DNA of 64,000 nucleotides from a virus: IMG/VR virus record IMGVR_UViG_3300032050_000024, positions 1 to 64,000 of that record; one strand, 5' to 3'. Shown piece by piece: positions 37,492 to 44,809 of this stretch (position 1 is its first letter; each line of letters starts with the position of its first letter). The notes under the pieces were generated by a model. It saw only the letters and a program-made list of their open reading frames with translations, ran no database searches and was not told where the DNA came from. The position numbers and the translations under genes were made by a program.

Positions 37492-39997
37492 ATGAAAAGA
37501 ATTTTGCAACTGAATTATTTTCTGGAAATGCTCCCCAATTCATTGCTGCATAGAAATCATCAAGTTTATTTTTCAATTCTTTTGCAAATATCTTGTTACG
37601 ATCTATGTATTGTTCTACAAAATCCGTAATAACTTTTGGATCTTGATAACCTCGAAGTGCCATTGTATCAAACCCAAATGGATTATCTGACAAATATGCC
37701 CATTTTACCTTTTCGCCATCTGTGATAGGTTCTATGTCTCGAATTCCGTTTGATACTAATAAATCATTAAAATTAATTGCAGATTTAACGTGTGCTGGAG
37801 TTCCTGATAAATATCCAGTAAATGGTTTTCTTTTCTTAGTATATTTTGATATTTCTTTAACTCCGGAATTCTTCATTACATTGAGCACTGGAGATGATTT
37901 TAATCCAGATTTGAATTTATGAATCATATCTGTTGTAGCTGTTTTATCGCGTTGCTTAAGAATATGCCAAAGTGTTTCTTTCATTATCTTTTTGAAATCT
38001 TCTGGAAAACTAGATCTTACAACATCTAATCCTTTGATATCAAGTTTATCGGTAGGTTTTCCTTCTTTGAATATAACCCATTGTGCATATCTTTTCTTTG
38101 CAATCCATAAACCAGATTTAGCAACATATTCTTGTTTGATTGTCCATCGATGCGTTTCTGTATTGTGAAATACAACTGCATATCGATCATACATTGTGTT
38201 TACTAAACTTTGAACTTCGGATGCAATTGCATTGGTTTGTGCAATCATGAATTCTTCGTCTGTTTCATCATAATCCGGGAAACGTTTTGCAATCAAAGGC
38301 AATGAACTAACAAAGGTTGAATCCGTATCCGTATAAAATGCAAATTCTGCTTTGCCATTAGTTGCATTAATGAAATGATCTTGCCCTATTTCTTTTGCAT
38401 AATGATTGTTAATAACCTTTGCAGAAAATTTAATTACACTTTGACCTGTTGCTGTGATTGCACCTGCATTATCTAAATCATGGAAACGAAATGTTTTAAG
38501 CCCTAATACTCCATAAAATGAATTAAGCAATACTTTTTGTGTATTTTGTAATGCATCATAGAATTTATATTCTTCTGTTCCAACTTCATATTCATCACGT
38601 TTGTCTTTGTATTCAACACGTTCATCAAACCATTTTGCTAATATTGTTGGTAAAAATCCTTTTATGTCTGTTCGATAAACAGCTCCGTTACTTGCAACAG
38701 TATATGCATTGTCTTGCAACCATGTTTTAACATCTTGAACAAAGGTACCATCTATAAACGTAACTTGCTGTGGATCGGATTTCATTAATAAGTCTTGATT
38801 CCAATTTTTTATTACTGCAACTTTAGTTTCTGGAGAAATATTCAAACTCATGATGATGCTTGGATAAAGTGACGTTAAATCTAAGTCATATATCCATTTG
38901 TATAATCCTGGTATTGGATCTTTTACATATGCTCCAGCGAGTGCGTCTGCTTCTGTTTCTTCTTCAATAAATCGGAATTGTTTGTTAGGTGCAACTAATC
39001 CGTTACGCTTTAAATCTACTATTGCAGCACCGTCTAAGTATTTAGATGCATAATATACATCTTCATATGCAACATGACCTTTATGACATATAGTTCTTGC
39101 TAAATTTAGAAGTTGAGTTTTTTCATCTAATTCATAAACCAAATTAACGTCAACCATGTTATATTCAACAAACTTTTTGATGTCTGTTGCAAATAATTGA
39201 TTCAAGTCACCTTCATATTCTATTTTACCTTTACCTAATTCTGTTTTTGCTACAGTATCTAAACGGTAATTTGGTAATTCTGTATATGTAAATTTCTTGT
39301 ATAATGTTAAATAATCTAAACTCGATACACCGAATATTTTGTATCGTTCTCTGTTTTTATTCCATTCAACAATACCGGCAGGTGAAAGTTTCTTGATTGC
39401 TTGTGCACCTAATACTTTTTTGATTCGATTAACAAGATATGGAACGTCATAATTGTCAATGTTCCAACCAGTAATTACTGTGGGTTGAACTTCTGCAAAT
39501 ATGTTTATAAAACGTGTTAACATATCAGCTTCAGAACGAAATATTTCTACTTCATAATCCGTTTCTTTGAATCCTTGTGTTGTAACTCGCTTTTCTTCAT
39601 CTAATACTAATACTCGACGATCTTGTCCGGCTTTATCATAATATGCAATAGATGTAATTCTTAAACGTGCATCTTGCGGAGTTGAATATCCATTTTCATC
39701 ACGTTCTGACTCAATATCAAAAAAGAAATCTTTATGACCTCGAGATGGAGTATCGGATTCATAATACAAATCAATCAGCGTTCTAACTTCTTCATTTAAG
39801 TCAGATTCATATGCCGTTCTATTATCTTTATGGTTACCAGACATTTTATGTAATCTAGTTCCATCTAGTGACATGTAATCGCCGTTGTCTGCAGGTAAAT
39901 ATGCATATGGTTGAAAAGGAAATCTTTGATGTCCTAATTCATCATCCCATACGTGCATTATGTTATTTTTCTTGTCGTAGCCTATTGCTTGATACAT
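37481..39997 (-). CDS. Family B DNA polymerase (gp43-like)
   Basis: ExoI FDIE, ExoII GWN..YD, ExoIII YN..D; DLTSLYPS, K..LNS.YG, YTDTDS, KKRY. Confidence 0.95.
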   Translation of the reverse strand: MYQAIGYDKKNNIMHVWDDELGHQRFPFQPYAYLPADNGDYMSLDGTRLHKMSGNHKDNRTAYESDLNEEVRTLIDLYYESDTPSRGHKDFFFDIESERDENGYSTPQDARLRITSIAYYDKAGQDRRVLVLDEEKRVTTQGFKETDYEVEIFRSEADMLTRFINIFAEVQPTVITGWNIDNYDVPYLVNRIKKVLGAQAIKKLSPAGIVEWNKNRERYKIFGVSSLDYLTLYKKFTYTELPNYRLDTVAKTELGKGKIEYEGDLNQLFATDIKKFVEYNMVDVNLVYELDEKTQLLNLARTICHKGHVAYEDVYYASKYLDGAAIVDLKRNGLVAPNKQFRFIEEETEADALAGAYVKDPIPGLYKWIYDLDLTSLYPSIIMSLNISPETKVAVIKNWNQDLLMKSDPQQVTFIDGTFVQDVKTWLQDNAYTVASNGAVYRTDIKGFLPTILAKWFDERVEYKDKRDEYEVGTEEYKFYDALQNTQKVLLNSFYGVLGLKTFRFHDLDNAGAITATGQSVIKFSAKVINNHYAKEIGQDHFINATNGKAEFAFYTDTDSTFVSSLPLIAKRFPDYDETDEEFMIAQTNAIASEVQSLVNTMYDRYAVVFHNTETHRWTIKQEYVAKSGLWIAKKRYAQWVIFKEGKPTDKLDIKGLDVVRSSFPEDFKKIMKETLWHILKQRDKTATTDMIHKFKSGLKSSPVLNVMKNSGVKEISKYTKKRKPFTGYLSGTPAHVKSAINFNDLLVSNGIRDIEPITDGEKVKWAYLSDNPFGFDTMALRGYQDPKVITDFVEQYIDRNKIFAKELKNKLDDFYAAMNWGAFPENNSVAKFFSFGK

Positions 39998-40000
39998 TAA

Positions 40001-40504
40001 TTAAACCTTGTATAAATCTTCTAAATTTCTTCCTACCCCGTTGTTGTCAAGCCCATAGCCTGCAATCCATTCATCACCAATAACAAATCCACAAAAATCA
40101 GTTAAATCAACTTTACCGCCGCGTTTTGTTAAGGTAACTACTTTAACTTGTTTTGGTAAGTGACTATTAACCATAAGCAATGCTTCTAAAAGTGTTGCAC
40201 CTGTATCGCAAATATCATCTACTATGTATACATTGCGACCCTTAAGATCTATTTCCAATCCTTTAATTATATCAATGCCTTCTGAATTATCTCGACCCGT
40301 ATATGACTTTAATCTAATAAAATCTGATTGGACATCAATTGGCATATTTCTAAGTAAATCCGTATAAAACATATATGCACCATTAAGTATGCATATCATT
40401 ACAGGTGGCAACGCATCGCCTGTTTTTATATGATCATTAGCAATATCTAATGCCAATTGTTTTATCCTCAATTGGATGTCTTTGCTTTCGATAAAAAGTT
40501 CCAT
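40001..40504 (-). CDS. hpt: Hypoxanthine/guanine phosphoribosyltransferase
   Basis: ILNGAYMF..DL, KSY, YIVDDICDTGATL PRPP loop, GYGLD. Confidence 0.88.
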   Translation of the reverse strand: MELFIESKDIQLRIKQLALDIANDHIKTGDALPPVMICILNGAYMFYTDLLRNMPIDVQSDFIRLKSYTGRDNSEGIDIIKGLEIDLKGRNVYIVDDICDTGATLLEALLMVNSHLPKQVKVVTLTKRGGKVDLTDFCGFVIGDEWIAGYGLDNNGVGRNLEDLYKV

Positions 40505-40701
40505 ATTCCGTATAAATTTATAATAATAATAATTAAACTAAGTACCAAGTGGCTGAAATTATCAATATAAAAATCATATGTAATCCAACCGATATCTCCA
40601 ATGATCCATGCAATCATTGCTGTCTTTGAAAGTTGACGTGCATTTAAAATATAACCTACAAGTACTAATGCTGTACTAATCCATCCTAATGCTTCTATCA
40701 T
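40468..40701 (-). CDS. Small three-TM membrane protein (PQ-loop/PnuC-like)
   Basis: Three hydrophobic helices; INLYGIWN. Confidence 0.55.
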   Translation of the reverse strand: MIEALGWISTALVLVGYILNARQLSKTAMIAWIIGDIGWITYDFYIDNFSHLVLSLIIIIINLYGIWNFLSKAKTSN

Positions 40702-40997
40702 TTTGTAGATTTTACTAATCCTACTTCCGATTCGCGAATTAAATAATATTCTTCGTCGTCAATCATTATGCTTTTGTTTTCACCTAAATTAGATTTGTAA
40801 ATTAATACAGAATCACCTTCTTTAACTGTCATAGGAATTCTATCTCCGGTCATTGTAAATATACCAGGACCTACTTTTATTACTTCCCCTGCTGTGAATT
40901 GCATATCTCTATCTACCAAGATAATTCCACTTTTTGTTTTTTCTGAAACTTTTTCTACTTTTAAAAGTATTTGATCACCAATTGGATTCCATTCCAT
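40698..40997 (-). CDS. groES: Co-chaperonin GroES
   Basis: PIGDQILL, KTKSGIIL, GEVIKVGPG, VKEGD.V, IRESE. Confidence 0.9.
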   Translation of the reverse strand: MEWNPIGDQILLKVEKVSEKTKSGIILVDRDMQFTAGEVIKVGPGIFTMTGDRIPMTVKEGDSVLIYKSNLGENKSIMIDDEEYYLIRESEVGLVKSTK

Positions 40998-41010
40998 AAC
41001 TTGTTCCTTT

Positions 41011-41262
41011 TTAACGATTATATAAATTAATAACTGATTGTTTTGTTACATTGTTGCCTACTAATCTTCCTAATTCTGTGCCTGTTCCATCTATTAAAAT
41101 AGCACATGGAATATTCTTTACATTGTATTTTGCAACAGTGTCAGTACTTATATCAACATCGATAAATGATATTGATACTTGATTAGAAGCTTCTTGCAAT
41201 TGCGGTTTTACATATGTACATGGGCCGCACCATGTTGCTGTGAAATATAAGATTCTTTTCAT
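41011..41262 (-). CDS. Thioredoxin
   Basis: FTATWCGPC, IDVD, IP. Confidence 0.9.
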   Translation of the reverse strand: MKRILYFTATWCGPCTYVKPQLQEASNQVSISFIDVDISTDTVAKYNVKNIPCAILIDGTGTELGRLVGNNVTKQSVINLYNR

Positions 41263-41321
41263 CGTATTTCGTAATTTATTTTAACGTCACCAAACGTTGT
41301 TGTTACTACCCAATTCATCAT
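41259..41321 (-). CDS. 20-aa microprotein MMNWVVTTTFGDVKINYEIR; not in the ORF track
   Basis: ATGA overlap with the queE stop and with the thioredoxin start; spans the gap exactly. Confidence 0.5.
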   Translation of the reverse strand: MMNWVVTTTFGDVKINYEIR

Positions 41322-42106
41322 ACTCCTCTTTTTGTATCATATGCAATAATATGGTCTCTTCCGGTCATGTTATACCCATGTTCGGCACACATTTCAAATA
41401 CAATAGGATACATTTTAATAAGTTCTTCTCTAGTGTCGCCAGCTGGCATAATGTATGTCTTTTCTTTTGGAATAAGTAATTCTACACGTAACTCTTCAAT
41501 TTCGTCAAGATTCTTTTCCGTGCCATCCCATACTGGTTTGTAATGATAATCTTTGTGATACATTATCATTTCTTTCATTGCCGTTTTATTGAGTCTAAAT
41601 TTATTGTGTTGTGTAATCATTTTTTCATCGACCACTGCTTTCTGAGGTGTTTCAGTCCCCAAAACGGGAATACTATTACTAAACTTAGGACTGAGGCTAA
41701 TGACATCAATTGGAAAATCAGTAGCAATAAAATGAGATCCTTCAGTTTCGATAGTAATGATAATATTTCTTTCATGTGCAAAGTGTGTTAATTCGTTAAC
41801 TAATGCGGGATGCATTGTAGGAGATCCACCCGTTAACATCATTTCTGTAATGTGAGGATTCTCGTCATATATCTTTATGATATCATTAAATGTAAACGTT
41901 CCTTTCTCCGGATGTATTGAAGTATACCAGCTATCGCACCAACCTCCTTCTCCAAACCAACATCGATGCGTGCAACCCGTAGTTCTTACGGCAATAGTCG
42001 GTCTACCAAAACGAGAACCTTCACTTTGTACACATCTATATAATTCAACAATTGGTAAGACTTTGTCATAGTCTGCGATTCTTTTAGAATGGGAGGTCAT
42101 AGTCAT
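41318..42106 (-). CDS. queE: 7-carboxy-7-deazaguanine synthase (radical SAM)
   Basis: QSEG..G.P...VR..GC...C.......CDS, LTGGSP, IETEG, SLSPK. Confidence 0.88.
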   Translation of the reverse strand: MTMTSHSKRIADYDKVLPIVELYRCVQSEGSRFGRPTIAVRTTGCTHRCWFGEGGWCDSWYTSIHPEKGTFTFNDIIKIYDENPHITEMMLTGGSPTMHPALVNELTHFAHERNIIITIETEGSHFIATDFPIDVISLSPKFSNSIPVLGTETPQKAVVDEKMITQHNKFRLNKTAMKEMIMYHKDYHYKPVWDGTEKNLDEIEELRVELLIPKEKTYIMPAGDTREELIKMYPIVFEMCAEHGYNMTGRDHIIAYDTKRGV

Positions 42107-42485
42107 CTTCTAGTTTAGTTGGTATTTCTAATTTTTTAATTACTTCAGCAAATTTAGCTTCTAAGTCTTCTAATCGTTTCTGTATTTTAATTAATTCAGA
42201 ACGTCTTACAAATGGAGTTCGATCTACTTCAATGTTATTGGCATTGTCCACATTACCAAAATACTCATCTAGAAATGTTAGTGGATATATTTGTACCTGA
42301 GTATATTCTGGCTTTTGAGCTTCTTTAGGAAGAGTTCTCCATTTAATGTCAATACCTCGTTTAATGGCTTCTGCTGTAACTTCTCGGCCGATATTAGTAC
42401 CGCCAGAACCTTTACCTAAATACTCATAAAGTGATATGTATTGTTCTTCACTCTTCATAACTTGCTGAATTTCTTTCGTGTTCAT
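42084..42485 (-). CDS. Hypothetical protein with coiled coil and SSB-like acidic tail
   Basis: SLYEYLG...YP..FLDEYF domain; ends EDDYDLPF. Confidence 0.65.
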   Translation of the reverse strand: MNTKEIQQVMKSEEQYISLYEYLGKGSGGTNIGREVTAEAIKRGIDIKWRTLPKEAQKPEYTQVQIYPLTFLDEYFGNVDNANNIEVDRTPFVRRSELIKIQKRLEDLEAKFAEVIKKLEIPTKLEDDYDLPF

Positions 42486-42912
42486 AAACTTCTACTTTAA
42501 CGGCTCGTACTCTGCCTTCGGTTTCTTCTCGTAAAAAATCATTTATTGTTTTGTAAAGATATTCGGCAAATCGTTCGCAACCTGTAGCTTCCAGGATTCT
42601 GAGTTGGATTATGCCATCTTTATCCATTTGTTTGAAATTTTCTAAGTAAGGGTCATCTTGTGCTACAATTGTAGTATGATCTAATAAAAATGCAAAATAA
42701 TCTTTTGGTGACATACCAGAAATTGATGTTTTTGCACGTTTCATGCCACCAAAGTCAAATACCCAATTACGTTGATCTAAATCACCTTCAAACCATACTC
42801 GGAATGATACTGCATATCCGTGTAAGAATTTGCAATGAGTACCATCTGCTCGCCATTGACGAAAGCATGTTGAATATCCGTCGAATAGTTTAGTTGATTT
42901 AAACTTTGCCAT
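42448..42912 (-). CDS. queD: 6-carboxy-5,6,7,8-tetrahydropterin synthase
   Basis: CKFLHGY, WVFDFG, LDH, CERFA, V.E...NSA.Y. Confidence 0.88.
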   Translation of the reverse strand: MAKFKSTKLFDGYSTCFRQWRADGTHCKFLHGYAVSFRVWFEGDLDQRNWVFDFGGMKRAKTSISGMSPKDYFAFLLDHTTIVAQDDPYLENFKQMDKDGIIQLRILEATGCERFAEYLYKTINDFLREETEGRVRAVKVEVYEHERNSASYEE

Positions 42913-42913
42913 A

Positions 42914-43579
42914 TCAATAACCTTTTACAAATTCATAAAATTCTGCTCGGGTAGCATCATCATCTCTAAATGCACCAGTTAATTTGGATGTCTTCATTGA
43001 AGCTCCGCCATGTTTAACTCCGCGACATTGAACACAATTATGAGTTGCTTCAATCATAACAGCTACACCTTTATTGTCATTGATAATAGTATTAATAGCA
43101 TTATGAATTGCTACTGTCAATTGTTCTTGTATTGCACCTCTTCTACCAAAATGCTCTACTAATCGATTCAATTTTGATAAACCAATTACTTTGCTGTCAG
43201 TACCTGGAATATATGCAACATGAACTCGACCCATAATAGTTTGATGATGATGTGAACACATTGAAGTTAACGGAATACCTCCTTCAAATACCATACCATC
43301 ATATCCATCAGATGGAAATGCAGTAATGTCTGGAGTGCCATCATATCGACCAGCCCATAAATCATTTACATATGCTTTTGCAACTCTTCTAGGAGTATCT
43401 GAACTATTAGGGTCATTCCTCCAATCACACTTTAACGCATCAAGAAACTCACCAAATGCCTTGGCAGCTTCTTCAATCATTTTATCTTTTTCTTGTCGGG
43501 TAAATGGTGCACCTGGTGCAGAACCATTTGCGTAACCTAATTTAACTAATTCTAAATTTTGCTTTTGTTTTTCTGTCAT
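42914..43579 (-). CDS. folE: GTP cyclohydrolase I
   Basis: DTPRRVAK, SMCSHH, GLSKLNR, IQEQLT, HNCVQCRG. Confidence 0.93.
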   Translation of the reverse strand: MTEKQKQNLELVKLGYANGSAPGAPFTRQEKDKMIEEAAKAFGEFLDALKCDWRNDPNSSDTPRRVAKAYVNDLWAGRYDGTPDITAFPSDGYDGMVFEGGIPLTSMCSHHHQTIMGRVHVAYIPGTDSKVIGLSKLNRLVEHFGRRGAIQEQLTVAIHNAINTIINDNKGVAVMIEATHNCVQCRGVKHGGASMKTSKLTGAFRDDDATRAEFYEFVKGY

Positions 43580-43596
43580 AACTTAATATTAATTTT

Positions 43597-43625
43597 AATA
43601 TAATAAAATTTATTGGGGTTTCAAA
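43597..43625 (-). promoter_or_regulatory. sigma70-like promoter TTTGAA-N17-TATATT for the folE operon
   Basis: Recurrent motif. Confidence 0.55.
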
Positions 43626-43641
43626 GTTTTTATGTAAACTT

Positions 43642-43692
43642 TTACATGTTCGGATCACCTGGGGTATCAATACCGGATGCATCGTATTTTGT
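43642..43692. repeat. 51-bp direct repeat, copy 1 (encodes the shared C-terminal tag)
   Basis: 44/51 identical to 44098-44148; all 7 differences are synonymous third-position changes. Confidence 0.9.
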
Positions 43693-44082
43693 TTGATTTA
43701 ATTTAACTAAATTTACGTTAATTGTTTGTTTACCTAAGGCCCAATTGGCAACAAGTCTATGATGTCCATCATAAATTGCCATTTCTCCATCTACAAACTG
43801 AACTGCATTAATTGGCGTTGTTGCATTTATATTTGCAATAATTTGCTTTACTTTATTGCTTTGAATGTTTGGTTGAGTTATTCGAATGTCTGAAATATTA
43901 ACAGTTTCTGGGGTTGCTGTTTTTTGATTTGTTTCAAATGCTTGTATCACCTCGTTCCAGGTATGACGACTCATTTTAAATACATCTTTTATATTTTTTG
44001 CGTCATCAAATAATTTACCTGCAGGTAGTTTATCAATTCGAGTATGATTTGTTTCATTTAATAAATTACGTAATCGTATCAT
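43642..44082 (-). CDS. ParB/Srx-like domain protein with MIRLRNLLNE leader and C-terminal TKYDASGIDTPGDPNM tag
   Basis: I..TQ, IYDGHHRL motif; ATATTTAT at 44087-44094. Confidence 0.7.
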   Translation of the reverse strand: MIRLRNLLNETNHTRIDKLPAGKLFDDAKNIKDVFKMSRHTWNEVIQAFETNQKTATPETVNISDIRITQPNIQSNKVKQIIANINATTPINAVQFVDGEMAIYDGHHRLVANWALGKQTINVNLVKLNQTKYDASGIDTPGDPNM

Positions 44083-44097
44083 ATTAATAAATATTCT

Positions 44098-44148
44098 TTA
44101 CATGTTCGGATCACCGGGCGTGTCGATGCCCGATGCATCATATTTTGT
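44098..44148. repeat. 51-bp direct repeat, copy 2
   Basis: See 43642-43692. Confidence 0.9.
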
Positions 44149-44589
44149 ATTAATTACTCTAATTAGTTTACTATTAACTAAACATTTTTTTATGTTAACA
44201 ACAAAAACTGAAAGATTATTTGGATCTTCAGAATATCCTTCTACGGTATTATGATAAATAAATTCATTGTAATTGCCGTATTTTATAAAATCCTCAGTTG
44301 TATGACCAGCACCTTCGTCTACATCCATCATGATTTTTGGATATGGATTTACTAATCTGATATTAATTTTATATTCATAAAAAACTGAGTAATGATTCCA
44401 TAACGAATCAATCCTAGTATCTACTTGCTCACTAGTACCTAAATGTATTGGTTGATTAGATGTTACAAAATCTATTTTATTTGAAGATCCATGATATGTA
44501 GTTAACATCAAGCCAGGTTTAATTCCTTGACTGTGAATAGTGTCCGGCCAAAATGAATTTTCCATTAATAAATTTTTTAATCGTATCAT
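44098..44589 (-). CDS. Putative ADP-ribosyltransferase-fold protein with MIRLKNLLME leader and the same C-terminal tag
   Basis: YHGS, IHLGT, IY.N.VEG....SV.V pattern reminiscent of phage polyvalent-protein ART domains. Confidence 0.5.
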   Translation of the reverse strand: MIRLKNLLMENSFWPDTIHSQGIKPGLMLTTYHGSSNKIDFVTSNQPIHLGTSEQVDTRIDSLWNHYSVFYEYKINIRLVNPYPKIMMDVDEGAGHTTEDFIKYGNYNEFIYHNTVEGYSEDPNNLSVFVVNIKKCLVNSKLIRVINTKYDASGIDTPGDPNM

Positions 44590-44590
44590 A

Positions 44591-44809
44591 TTAATATATA
44601 TCTTTTAGGGTAGTATTACCTTTTATATGATGCGGTTCATAAGGACAATGTCGGCATCTATTTCCACAACATGTACCTCGTTTAATGTGATATGATTCTG
44701 TAAAAACACGATATCCATTTTCATAATAAAAGTCAGTTGGAAGGAGCTTGTTTCCAAACTCCCTCACAAATGCTTGTTGTATCCAATCTTTTGACGCAGA
44801 CACTATCAT
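44591..44809 (-). CDS. Small Cys-rich protein (DUF5522-like)
   Basis: VFTESYH.KRG.CCGN.CRHCPY. Confidence 0.75.
   Translation of the reverse strand: MIVSASKDWIQQAFVREFGNKLLPTDFYYENGYRVFTESYHIKRGTCCGNRCRHCPYEPHHIKGNTTLKDIY

Noticed and set aside
40698-40997. GroES without GroEL as a novelty
   Set aside because: Stand-alone co-chaperonins are well known in large phages (functional analogy to T4 gp31).
41318-43579. folE/queD/queE as simple queuosine-tRNA or folate auxiliary genes
   Set aside because: No queC, queF or queA and no tRNAs in the window, and linkage to PolB, the clamp and a divergent TGT-fold gene favours DNA modification; not formally excluded.
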